From: a virus
Taxonomy: Duplodnaviria; Caudoviricetes
Virus record (IMG/VR): IMGVR_UViG_3300029305_003259
Location: 32,001-96,000 of that record
Reading direction: 5' to 3' (one strand)
DNA length: 64,000 bases
Part shown: in pieces, positions 1-9,101 of the stretch
Layout of the letters: every line of letters starts with the position of its first letter
How positions within the stretch are numbered: the stretch's first letter is position 1
Program-made: the position numbers and the translations under genes
Notes under the pieces: model-generated
The model's database searches: none
The model's input: the letters and a program-made list of their open reading frames with translations, nothing else
Told to the model about the DNA's origin: nothing

Positions 1-473
1 GTGCTCTAGAGACTGCTAACAAGGCCACTCTAGTAAAACTATGCCAGGATATCTCCATGGCTACTGGTTCTGAGGTTACCATCTTTGGTGCCCGTACCGC
101 TCTATCTTCTCTAACTGCTATGGCTGATGTTAACTGGGCTCCTAACTCTGCTAAGGAAGAGTACTATGCCAACGGCGGCATCCTTGGCAACTTCGAGGGC
201 TTCCAGATTGCTGAGATTGGTCAGGGTCTAAAGCGTGGAGCTTCTATCAACAGCGCTTCCGTAGAGTATCAGCTAGACACTGATAGACTATACATTATTC
301 CTACCTCTATGGCCAACAAGTTCATCAAACTTGTCAACTATGGTGAGACTCAGGTTTCTCAGGTTACCGATAAGGAGACCAACAGAGATATGAGCCAAGA
401 ATACGAAGTTCTATATAAGCTCGGCATTAATGTTATCCTAAACAGCGTATTTGGTGTCTGGGAAATCATCTAA
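1..473 (+). CDS. Major capsid protein, C-terminal part (gene starts upstream of window)
   Basis: Frame +3 is open from the window start through ORF 57..473; same highly biased codon usage as the major tail gene; lies directly before neck genes. Confidence 0.65.
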   Translation, partial: ALETANKATLVKLCQDISMATGSEVTIFGARTALSSLTAMADVNWAPNSAKEEYYANGGILGNFEGFQIAEIGQGLKRGASINSASVEYQLDTDRLYIIPTSMANKFIKLVNYGETQVSQVTDKETNRDMSQEYEVLYKLGINVILNSVFGVWEII

Positions 474-517
474 TTCGAGTTTATATTTCGTATTTAATAT
501 TTTAATTTAAAAAGGAG

Positions 518-1261
518 GTGTTTGCAGTGGATAAAGTTTGCGGAGTATATTGTATCGAAAATATGATTAATAATAAAAGATATATTGGTCAATCTGTAGA
601 TATATATAAAAGGTGGAAACATCATAAAAATGAATTAAATAATGGAAAACATCATAATTATCATTTGCAATCGTCTTGGAATAGTTATGGTGAATCGTGT
701 TTTAAATTTTATATTTTAGAGAATTGTGATATATCATTGTTAGATAATCGTGAAATATATTATATAAATTTTTATAATACGAAAAATTGTGATTATGGTT
801 ATAATTTAAATGATGGAGGAAGCGGAAATCAAGCGCCATCTTATGAAATTCGGCGCAGAATGAGTGAAAATCATGCCGATGTTTCTGGAGAGAATAATCC
901 TAATTATGGAAAACATATGTCAGAAGAAACTAAACGTAAAATGATTGCCAATCGAAATACATGCAAAGGCAAAGATCATCCTAATTATGGTAAGCCGCTT
1001 TCTAATGAAACCAAAGAAAAACTTAGTAAAATTAGAAAAGGCATGCATGCTGGTTCTAAGCATCCAAGATGCCGTTCCATATATTGCCCAGAACTTAATC
1101 GAATATTCTGGGGAGCTGCTGAAGTCGAAGAAATATATGGAATTGATAGGACATATATTTCAGCATGTCTATCTGGTAGACAGAAATCCGCTGGCAAACA
1201 CCCTGTAACTGGAGAAAAACTTCATTGGTTTGATGCTAATGAAATTAATCTAAATATTTAA
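518..1261 (+). CDS. Free-standing GIY-YIG homing endonuclease with NUMOD3-like and NUMOD1/HTH-like DNA-binding motifs
   Basis: CGVYCIEN...RYIGQS..IYKRW..H..L motif, conserved E (NREIYYI) and GYN; NPNYGKHMSEETKRKM / HPNYGKPLSNETKEKLS repeats; AT-rich codon usage unlike flanking genes; likely start GTG ~527 after AGGAGG. Confidence 0.92.
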   Translation: MFAVDKVCGVYCIENMINNKRYIGQSVDIYKRWKHHKNELNNGKHHNYHLQSSWNSYGESCFKFYILENCDISLLDNREIYYINFYNTKNCDYGYNLNDGGSGNQAPSYEIRRRMSENHADVSGENNPNYGKHMSEETKRKMIANRNTCKGKDHPNYGKPLSNETKEKLSKIRKGMHAGSKHPRCRSIYCPELNRIFWGAAEVEEIYGIDRTYISACLSGRQKSAGKHPVTGEKLHWFDANEINLNI

Positions 1262-1296
1262 CAATACAAAATTAAAGGATAAAAGGAGAAAATAAA

Positions 1297-1833
1297 ATGG
1301 CTACAAAAAAGAATGTCCAAGAAGATATTATCGAAGAGATTGTTGAAGAAGTTGTCGAAAAACCTAAGAAGGTCAACAAGCCTAAGCACGATCCTAGCGA
1401 GCTAATTCTTTGTAGAAGTGTTCGTTTTGGTGAGCTAATTCTAATTGGCCCTAAGACTCGTATGCCTTATACTTGGGCCAATGAAGGAGATGTTAGAGAG
1501 GTTGAATACCAAGATCTGATGTCTTGGAGAGCACTACGTTCTAGATACCTATTTGAGCCAATGATTATCATTGAGGATGAAGATCTAGTAGAAGAGTGGA
1601 AGGCAGACCTTGGCAAGCTATATGATGAAGTTCAGTCCATTGACATTAAGGAAATGTTCAGACTACCTCATAGACAGTTTGTTGCACAGCTTAAGAAGTT
1701 GCCAACTGGAATGAAGACTACTGTTCAGAACATGGCATATACCATGATTCAGGATGGTACTTTGTACGACCTAAGAACGATTAAGGCAATCGATGAAATT
1801 CTTGGTACAGAGCTAATCATGATGATTGGATAA
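1297..1833 (+). CDS. Phage hypothetical protein of the head-neck module
   Basis: 178-aa ORF with SD AAGGAG; virion-gene codon bias; position. Confidence 0.7.
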   Translation: MATKKNVQEDIIEEIVEEVVEKPKKVNKPKHDPSELILCRSVRFGELILIGPKTRMPYTWANEGDVREVEYQDLMSWRALRSRYLFEPMIIIEDEDLVEEWKADLGKLYDEVQSIDIKEMFRLPHRQFVAQLKKLPTGMKTTVQNMAYTMIQDGTLYDLRTIKAIDEILGTELIMMIG

Positions 1834-1847
1834 GGAGGCTGACATAT

Positions 1848-2273
1848 ATGGCCACCTCTTATGAAACCATTTATGATAGAGCCACACGTAAATTAACTGA
1901 TTTTGATTTAGCGGCAATGTCAGATGTTGACTTGGAAGATACATTACATGGTTATCTTCTAAGCGCTATTGCGCAATTTAGAAGATGCAAGAATGACCTG
2001 TCGGATCGAGACGATGAACTAAGACAGTTTAATACAGATTTGTTAGATGTCGAGCAGGAAATTCTTTCCATTCTCGTGGCCAGAGCCTGGTTGCAACCGC
2101 AACTACAGTCGGTTCTACTTACACAACAAGTATTTTCTGATAAGGAACAGAAATTCTATGCTCAATCGAATCATTTATCTACATTAATAGAACTTGATGA
2201 GAAATTAAAGTTAGAGGCTCAAAAATTGAGTCGTGATTATACTTTCTCAAGCGGATCTTACTGGGAGGCATGA
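1848..2273 (+). CDS. Putative head-tail adaptor/connector protein
   Basis: 141-aa helical protein with SD AAGGAGG; position after capsid; function inferred from synteny. Confidence 0.55.
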   Translation: MATSYETIYDRATRKLTDFDLAAMSDVDLEDTLHGYLLSAIAQFRRCKNDLSDRDDELRQFNTDLLDVEQEILSILVARAWLQPQLQSVLLTQQVFSDKEQKFYAQSNHLSTLIELDEKLKLEAQKLSRDYTFSSGSYWEA

Positions 2274-2572
2274 TTATGAACCCATATAATGCCCCCAGTT
2301 CTTTAATTTCTGCACAAAAGCGTTATCTATATGGGGCCATTATTAGCTGTCTGTATCAGAAAGAGAATAATGACCCTTTTTTAGATGCGCATTTGCAGTC
2401 TATTATTAATCAAGTTAGTGGTTCTATTAAATTATTTAATTACCAGCCTGAAACTTTAACAATTATTGCTTGTTTAGAAAAAGCACGGGATAATGATGCA
2501 CAATTTCGTAAATCTATTCTTGATGCTGCAAATCTTGTAAATGTGTTAAAGGATGGTGATACTGATGCTTGA
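2270..2572 (+). CDS. Phage hypothetical protein
   Basis: 100-aa ORF translationally coupled to upstream gene (ATGA overlap). Confidence 0.65.
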   Translation: MIMNPYNAPSSLISAQKRYLYGAIISCLYQKENNDPFLDAHLQSIINQVSGSIKLFNYQPETLTIIACLEKARDNDAQFRKSILDAANLVNVLKDGDTDA

Positions 2573-3755
2573 TTTATTTAAAACTCGTATGTCGAATCAA
2601 GGTCAGATTCAGGCGAATGCATATTTGCAAAATGCAGATATTGCGATAGATAAAACATTTACTCGTGATCCTGCTTATAGAGAAGTTTATTTAACACATA
2701 TGCCAAGTGGTATTGAGTTGCAGAAGATGGATGCTAAATTCATTATTGATACTAGACGTTCATTGGCTAGTGACGAAGAGGTTTATAAACTTATGTTTAG
2801 GCCTCATGTTAAAGTGCCTCTTGGTTCTTATGTTGATATACCAGATGATGAAGGTAATTTGCAGAGATGGCTTATTATTCTTAATGACCATCAGCCGCAA
2901 TTCCATATGTATTATATCTTGAAGTGCAATTGGATATTGAAGTGGATTCATGAAGGAAAAGTGTATAAGTGTGAATGTGTACAAAGAACACAGTCATCGT
3001 ACAATAGCGGATTGTGGACTGACTACAACTTTACCAGTGTTGAGAACCAAACTATTATGTGGTTACCAACAACACCTTATACACAAACACTTAGTTATAA
3101 TCAACGTGTTCTTATCAATGATGAGGGCCGACATATTCCAATTGCATGGGAACTTTCCAAAGTTCTCGATACCATCCCAATTGGTATTACAAGACTTACT
3201 TTTAAGCAGGTTCAAGCCGACTTGCATACAGACTGCGGCAAATATGGCATAGCGAATTTCTGTAATAGCGGAGATTGTGCTAACTGCGCAATTGCCGAAC
3301 CTGTTTACATTGATGCAGGTCTCCAAATGCCGACTCCAGAACCACGCAAAGGACGCATTACATATAATGGCAAAGATTTAACTCTGCGTGTTGGCGGTAG
3401 CGCTAAAACTTTTACCGCAGAATATTGGGATGAGGAATTTATTCCATATAATGCATTTTGGACAATTTCTCTAGTAGATGGAGAAAATACATTATGTTCT
3501 ATCAATGCTCATTATGATGGCGTTTGGAATGTCGAGGCTGCTTCAAGTGGTTTTGACATGGATACAATAAATGGCGATGTTAGATGTTTTATTGAAAACA
3601 AAGATATTTTTAAGATTAAATTAATTGCATCTGGTGATTCAATGAAATTAAGCTGTGGCCAGTTGTATAGTATGGTAGGTAAGAATATTATTCTTGCTGC
3701 CAAAGATGAAAATGGGGAAAATGAAGCCGAAATTTCTGCGGAGGTGATTAGCTAA
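2553..3755 (+). CDS. Putative head-closure/neck protein with C-terminal Ig-like extension
   Basis: 400 aa; N-terminal half (G.YV..., ILKCNW.LKW, QRVLI...W.LSK.....GI..LT.KQ) resembles neck proteins of large Bacillota siphoviruses; synteny. Confidence 0.5.
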   Translation: MVILMLDLFKTRMSNQGQIQANAYLQNADIAIDKTFTRDPAYREVYLTHMPSGIELQKMDAKFIIDTRRSLASDEEVYKLMFRPHVKVPLGSYVDIPDDEGNLQRWLIILNDHQPQFHMYYILKCNWILKWIHEGKVYKCECVQRTQSSYNSGLWTDYNFTSVENQTIMWLPTTPYTQTLSYNQRVLINDEGRHIPIAWELSKVLDTIPIGITRLTFKQVQADLHTDCGKYGIANFCNSGDCANCAIAEPVYIDAGLQMPTPEPRKGRITYNGKDLTLRVGGSAKTFTAEYWDEEFIPYNAFWTISLVDGENTLCSINAHYDGVWNVEAASSGFDMDTINGDVRCFIENKDIFKIKLIASGDSMKLSCGQLYSMVGKNIILAAKDENGENEAEISAEVIS

Positions 3756-4270
3756 TGGTTAGAGATATACAAACAATAGATGATGATATTTGTTCAATGA
3801 AGCGTCTGATTCGTCAGAAGCTAACATCTGATCCTGATATTATTGAAGTATTAAATAATCAACAGCTAGATCCTTCAAGTCCAGATGATTATTTAAATCA
3901 AAATATTTTTGCTTATATTCGTATTCCACAAGTCCAAGATATTGCAAGCAATTTTATTTGTTTCAGTGTGGATGATATGGAAGCAGACAGATATAATTCT
4001 GTAATGAAAACTCAATATGTGCAATTTGTCGTGTTTTGCCATGGTGACGATATTAAGACTCCATATGGCATTGAAAGACACGACTTGCTTGGGTACCTCA
4101 TAAGAGATATCTTTGGTCATTCAAACATGTTTGGCATGACCGCAAAACTTGTATATAATCGTGAAAGCACTACAGATACTAATTATTCATGCCGCACTCT
4201 CAAATTTGAACTTATTAGAACTAACTCTTTGACTAATAATGTAATTAAGAATAAGTATGAAAAATACTGA
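3755..4270 (+). CDS. Putative tail terminator/neck protein
   Basis: 171 aa, coupled to upstream gene; size and position before the tail tube gene. Confidence 0.5.
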   Translation: MVRDIQTIDDDICSMKRLIRQKLTSDPDIIEVLNNQQLDPSSPDDYLNQNIFAYIRIPQVQDIASNFICFSVDDMEADRYNSVMKTQYVQFVVFCHGDDIKTPYGIERHDLLGYLIRDIFGHSNMFGMTAKLVYNRESTTDTNYSCRTLKFELIRTNSLTNNVIKNKYEKY

Positions 4271-4997
4271 TTTAATGCATATTGAGCCCTTAGAATTATA
4301 TGTTGGGAATCCATATAGAATTAATGACCAGGTTATTTGCCTACAGCCAAAAATTGGGGACATTGTAGATTATGGAGAGTCTGCATATTTTTCAGTGGTT
4401 CATACGGTTTGCGCAACTCCTGCCGATATGAAGGTACGCCTTTTTGATGCTGGTATTAACTGGATGGAGATTGGAGCTTTTGAGCTATTCTGCATGATTG
4501 CCCCATCTTTACCAGTGGAGCAAACAAGCATACTTCTCGGAGACTTAGATTTGTCTGCTTTAAAGACATATCGAAACAAAGAGAATGGCGAAATTGTGTT
4601 GGCGAATCCAGAGCAAAAAGTTAAGATAGATAAGTTAATTTATGAGAGAATGGTAAATTGTTTTCGCAAGATGCATGGCCTTAAGGCCAATAATGAAAAG
4701 GCCCACAATAAAGCTACCATGCGTGCAATGATAGAAAATGATCGGCAAACCATGGAAGTCAATTCTAAGAAGGAGCCAAGCTCCTATTTATTGCCCTTGA
4801 TTTCTTCTGTTCGTTGCAAGATGGGATGGACGAAAGATTATATACTTCAGGAAGGCATTTATTCATTTTTTGATACCGTAAATAGGTTAAACGTTATTGA
4901 TAATGCCGACCATTTGGTGTCAGGTATATATGCTGGCACTATTGATTCCAAAAAGATTTCGAAGGAAAATCTGAATTGGATGCGTGAATTAAAATAA
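4257..4997 (+). CDS. Phage hypothetical protein (possible tail assembly factor)
   Basis: 246-aa ORF overlapping upstream gene, immediately before the major tail gene. Confidence 0.6.
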   Translation: MKNTDLMHIEPLELYVGNPYRINDQVICLQPKIGDIVDYGESAYFSVVHTVCATPADMKVRLFDAGINWMEIGAFELFCMIAPSLPVEQTSILLGDLDLSALKTYRNKENGEIVLANPEQKVKIDKLIYERMVNCFRKMHGLKANNEKAHNKATMRAMIENDRQTMEVNSKKEPSSYLLPLISSVRCKMGWTKDYILQEGIYSFFDTVNRLNVIDNADHLVSGIYAGTIDSKKISKENLNWMRELK

Positions 4998-5028
4998 TTA
5001 TAATAAATTTATTAGGAGGAAAATATTT

Positions 5029-5796
5029 ATGGCTGCTATTAATGTAAATAACCTAGTTTTTGACAAGGTTCTTCGTGTCGTTGCTTTTAGCAAGTCTGAC
5101 GACGCTTATCTATACAGCATGACCCAGGTTCAGGATGCTGCTATCAATGGCGCTGCTGAGGCTACTGAGGTTCTAGACAACGTCGGTGCTCGTATCATGA
5201 CCCTATATCGTGCTAAGACTGCTGAGTTCTCTGGCGCTAACGCTCTATTTGATCTAGGCCTACTTAGCGCTCAGGTTGGCTCTAAGAAGGTTGTAGGCGC
5301 TGCTACTGTTCCCGCTTTTGAGACCCTAGAGGTTGGTGGCGAGATGAAGCTAGCTCATACTCCTGCTGGCGAGATCACTGAGATCTTTGCTCTAAATGGT
5401 GATAGCTCTCTAGGCACCAAGTATGTTGCTGGTACTGCTGCTTCTGAGACTGAATTCGTAATTACTGGTGATGCTATTACTGCTCCTACTGGTCTAGAGG
5501 CTGGCACCAAGCTATTCGTTATGTATGATTACGAGGCCACTGATGCTGTTACTGTTGTCAATGAGTCCAATGCTTTCCCCAAGGCTGTTAAGCTAGTAAT
5601 CGAGGCTCTATGCTATGATCCTTGTGACCAGGATAACAAGATTCTCTGCTACATCACTGCTAAGAATGCCATCATGTCTTCTGACTTCGATGTAACTCTA
5701 GCTGCTGGCGAGACTCATCCTTTCACCTATCAGCTACAGCAGGATTACTGCGACAGCGAGAAGAGACTATACGAGGTAGTTGTCGTAGAGGACTAA
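5029..5796 (+). CDS. Major tail (tube) protein
   Basis: 255-aa acidic, beta-rich protein; SD AGGAGG; extreme codon bias typical of abundant proteins; followed by a terminator. Confidence 0.75.
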   Translation: MAAINVNNLVFDKVLRVVAFSKSDDAYLYSMTQVQDAAINGAAEATEVLDNVGARIMTLYRAKTAEFSGANALFDLGLLSAQVGSKKVVGAATVPAFETLEVGGEMKLAHTPAGEITEIFALNGDSSLGTKYVAGTAASETEFVITGDAITAPTGLEAGTKLFVMYDYEATDAVTVVNESNAFPKAVKLVIEALCYDPCDQDNKILCYITAKNAIMSSDFDVTLAAGETHPFTYQLQQDYCDSEKRLYEVVVVED

Positions 5797-5811
5797 TCTC
5801 TACTATTATCT

Positions 5812-5839
5812 GGGCAGGTGCAATAGTGCCTGCCCTTTT
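5812..5839 (+). terminator. Intrinsic terminator after major tail gene
   Basis: GGGCAGGTGC-AATA-GTGCCTGCCC hairpin followed by TTTT. Confidence 0.75.
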
Positions 5840-5858
5840 AAATAATTAGAAAAGGAGG

Positions 5859-6284
5859 GTGATTATGGCAAAGTCTAAACGTGCGTGCTACTTATGTGGC
5901 TCCAAATATGAGTACTGTGACTGCAATCGCCAACCTGCCTATATGGCTACATTCTGCTCAGAAAATTGCAGAGATATCTTTAGATCTTTATCTTCTTACG
6001 GCGCTGGTCTTATTTCGGCTGAAGATTGTAAAGAATTACTAGATTGCTGTGATTTGAGCAGTAAAGATTCCTATAAAGAGTCAATTCGCAACACCATTAA
6101 TAATTTCTATGCTACTCCTGTAGTAACAATCGAGGAACCCGAAGTAGTAGTTGCGGAACCCATTGTTGAGGAACAAATTGAAGAGACTGTAATAGAACCA
6201 GTTGTGATCGAGGAAATTGTTCCTGAGTATTTTGAGCGTAAAAGCAAGAAACGCAATCATGAAGTAGTTTTAGAAGATATCTAA
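5859..6284 (+). CDS. Hypothetical protein with N-terminal Cys cluster (putative Zn finger) and acidic low-complexity tail
   Basis: CYLC..CDC..CSENC; E/V/P-rich C-terminus; SD AAGGAGG. Confidence 0.7.
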   Translation: MIMAKSKRACYLCGSKYEYCDCNRQPAYMATFCSENCRDIFRSLSSYGAGLISAEDCKELLDCCDLSSKDSYKESIRNTINNFYATPVVTIEEPEVVVAEPIVEEQIEETVIEPVVIEEIVPEYFERKSKKRNHEVVLEDI

Positions 6285-6318
6285 TAAGGTACTACTTTAT
6301 GTGGTGCCTTATTTTTTT
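6283..6318 (+). terminator. Intrinsic terminator
   Basis: AATAAGGTACTAC...GTGGTGCCTTATT stem (with G-U pairs) plus T-run. Confidence 0.65.
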
Positions 6319-6339
6319 AGGCCAAAAGGAGAAGATACT

Positions 6340-6558
6340 ATGACTAAAAGTGGATTAATTCCGGGTGTTGAATATAGTCCAACAAATGTTGCTTATATTA
6401 CTAATTTGCGCCAAGCATATTTATATTTGCGCAATGGTGCCAAATTGGTCGATATTCTATATTTTGATACCAAAAATGATTCCTTAGTATTTTTGTTTGA
6501 AAAGTCTCAACACCTCAAACTATTATATGAACTTTGGAATAAACATGAATTAGTATAA
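6340..6558 (+). CDS. Small phage hypothetical protein
   Basis: ATG at 6340 after SD AAGGAG (the ORF-track start 6301 lies inside the terminator). Confidence 0.65.
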   Translation: MTKSGLIPGVEYSPTNVAYITNLRQAYLYLRNGAKLVDILYFDTKNDSLVFLFEKSQHLKLLYELWNKHELV

Positions 6559-6583
6559 AACTCCAACAGAAAGGAGTGAGAAA

Positions 6584-7444
6584 ATGTATACTATTTTAAT
6601 CAATGAAAACAATGAACTTATTACTACTGTGCGTGAGCGCATTATGCAGCGTAGCAAACTTGTAGATAATCTACACTTTCTAATGGCTCCAACCTACAAA
6701 GGTCTTGATATGACTAAGTTTACTGCCGTTATGGAATTTGTCACTCCTGCCAGTAGAGAATTAAAGACTGAAATTTTGAACAGATCAGAGTCATTGTATA
6801 AAGATATGATTGAATATAAAATGGCAATCGATACTGTCATTACCAAAGAAGCTGGCCCTGTTGAAATTACATTGACTTTTACATATGCTGAAATGGATGC
6901 AGACGGAAATGTAATTCAACATGTTCGCAAGACTGGCGTAACTACTTTGAATATTATTGCCGTCCCAACTTGGTGCAATGTTATTCCTGACAGTGCCCTT
7001 AATGCATTTGATCAACGACTTATTGCAATGGATGCTCGTATCAATGCTCTTGATGAATTGAGCGCTGAGCTTGATGCTGTTAAGGCAGATGACATTACTT
7101 ATAATAAGGATGATAATTCTCTACAATTAATGTCTAATGATAAGTTGATTGGTCAAAAGGTTTATTTAAATAGCTATGGATCTGGAATTACCAAAATTCG
7201 TATTGATGACGATGGTAATCTTATCGTGGTTTATAGCAGCGGAGAAGAGGAAGTTATTGGCAAGGTTTCTGGAGATTGTGGTGGCATTTACGTGCCTACA
7301 ATTACCCCTGATGGAATCTTGACTTTTACACTCCAAGATTCTCCCGGCGAAGAAACTATTAGCTATGATATCAATCCTGATAACGAGTGGTCTGATGACC
7401 CAGCTAAACCTGCTGGTTCAGATTATGTCTGGGACACTTTGTGA
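6584..7444 (+). CDS. Baseplate-upper (BppU-like)/tail fibre anchor protein
   Basis: N-terminal beta domain, short coiled coil, then I.DDGNLIV.YS.G / ITPDGILT repeats typical of fibre proteins. Confidence 0.5.
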   Translation: MYTILINENNELITTVRERIMQRSKLVDNLHFLMAPTYKGLDMTKFTAVMEFVTPASRELKTEILNRSESLYKDMIEYKMAIDTVITKEAGPVEITLTFTYAEMDADGNVIQHVRKTGVTTLNIIAVPTWCNVIPDSALNAFDQRLIAMDARINALDELSAELDAVKADDITYNKDDNSLQLMSNDKLIGQKVYLNSYGSGITKIRIDDDGNLIVVYSSGEEEVIGKVSGDCGGIYVPTITPDGILTFTLQDSPGEETISYDINPDNEWSDDPAKPAGSDYVWDTL

Positions 7445-7496
7445 TAAGAACATGAAGATCATGTTTTTATAAATATTTTAATGAAAGGAGATAAAA

Positions 7497-9077
7497 ATGG
7501 CTAATCAGAATGTAAGATTTTATTCTGTCGATTTGAAATCCAAATTCGACGCATTACAACCAAAAGACGCATATGCACTGTATTGGATCGAAGAAACTAA
7601 AGAGCTATTTAAAGGAGCAACACTCTTTGGTACTGGTGCAGAAGCAAGCGAAAAGGCCGCAGGTCTATTATCCGCAACTGATTATGCAGAACTTAAAAAG
7701 CTTATTGCCTCTGGCCCTGCTAAAACTCTGACACCTGTTGATGGAACTATTTCTATCGAAAACGATAAGATTGGTGTCAAGGTTTCTAAGACCGAAGGCA
7801 ACCTAATCGCAGTTAATGATGATGGTCTATTCGCAGCCGTCAAATCTGTATCCATAGATCAGGTCACTGGCCTTAAAGATGAACTTGATTCCATCAAGAA
7901 TGCTGCTGTTGGCGGAATTCACTACAAAGGCAATGTTCCAACCGTGGATGATCTACCTGACGATGCCGATCAGGGCGATATGTATGAAGTCGTTGCTGAT
8001 GGCTCCGAGTGGGCCTTCAATGGCGAGAAGTGGTTTGAGTATGGCACCGCACATTTTGTTCCAGTATCTGGCGCTGGAATTGATATTAGTGGCAGCACCA
8101 TTTCTGCAAAAATAAGTGCCGCTGCAGATAACTCTCTTGTTGTTGCGGAAGACGGTGGACTATTTGTACCAGAGTGTGATTTCACAGATAAAGACCGTGT
8201 TACCATTGATACCCTACCAATGCTTTATGTGACTAATGACAAAATGAACAATGCGATTGCCCGTGCTATTGCAGACAATTGTATGGTATGGGAAGAGCTT
8301 GGAGCTACTGTTGGAGTTGCAAAAATCGGAAATACATATTATCCAACAATTAATGCGGCTATTGCTGCAGCAAACGCCGGTGATACAATTAAGGTTGTAG
8401 CTGGTACTTATAGCGGTATTGAGTTTACAGATAGCACAAAAGCTAATATCACTCTGCTTGGCGAAGATGGTGTTTATGTTGGCAAGGTTCGTTTAGTAGA
8501 TACTGCCAACTATGGTGCGCCTGATGGCTTGACATTAAAGAACATCACATTCAATGGTGAGGGCATCACCGCACATGATGATACAATTAACAACATGTCT
8601 ATTGTCGGTTGTGACTTTGTTGACGGCGCAGTTATTCATATTGGAGACTGCGTAACCGATGGCCTTATCATTGAAAATTGCGAATTTGAGGCAACTAATA
8701 GTGCTGTAAATAGTCCTGAGAAGACCGCTATCCTGGTTCAGGGCACTTCTAAGAATGTTATTATTCGTGGAAATAATATCAAGGATTCTGAACACAATGC
8801 AATCCAGGTTGTTGGAGTAAGCGGATCTATGCTCGTTGATAGCAATACTATTTCTAATACTGGTAGCCGCGCAATGCGTATTACTACCAAAGATGGCGCA
8901 GTTCTAGCTATTATGAACAATACTATTACTAACGTTAATATCAATCCTTCCGAAGCAGAAGAAAACGATGGCCAAATCATAAAGATTACAGGTTCTGTTG
9001 TCGATGGCGCTATCGCTAATAACACCTATGATAATAACGAAATCGTCTTTAATGACGGTATTGGAAAAATTATTTAA
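7497..9077 (+). CDS. Tail fibre/spike with C-terminal right-handed parallel beta-helix (pectate-lyase-like; possible depolymerase)
   Basis: YPTINAAIAAANAGDTIKV.AGTY cap motif followed by N/I/V-rich beta-helix rungs. Confidence 0.75.
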   Translation: MANQNVRFYSVDLKSKFDALQPKDAYALYWIEETKELFKGATLFGTGAEASEKAAGLLSATDYAELKKLIASGPAKTLTPVDGTISIENDKIGVKVSKTEGNLIAVNDDGLFAAVKSVSIDQVTGLKDELDSIKNAAVGGIHYKGNVPTVDDLPDDADQGDMYEVVADGSEWAFNGEKWFEYGTAHFVPVSGAGIDISGSTISAKISAAADNSLVVAEDGGLFVPECDFTDKDRVTIDTLPMLYVTNDKMNNAIARAIADNCMVWEELGATVGVAKIGNTYYPTINAAIAAANAGDTIKVVAGTYSGIEFTDSTKANITLLGEDGVYVGKVRLVDTANYGAPDGLTLKNITFNGEGITAHDDTINNMSIVGCDFVDGAVIHIGDCVTDGLIIENCEFEATNSAVNSPEKTAILVQGTSKNVIIRGNNIKDSEHNAIQVVGVSGSMLVDSNTISNTGSRAMRITTKDGAVLAIMNNTITNVNINPSEAEENDGQIIKITGSVVDGAIANNTYDNNEIVFNDGIGKII

Positions 9078-9101
9078 TAAATATTTAGGAGGAAATAAAT
9101 T

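Noticed and set aside
474-1296. Group I intron in the capsid gene
   Set aside because: The endonuclease lies after a normal capsid stop codon with only ~40-nt AT-rich flanks, leaving no room for a ribozyme core
5859-6284. Second substrate for the rSAM enzyme
   Set aside because: Cys spacing is Zn-finger-like, not a CXXX repeat, and the gene is 14 kb away
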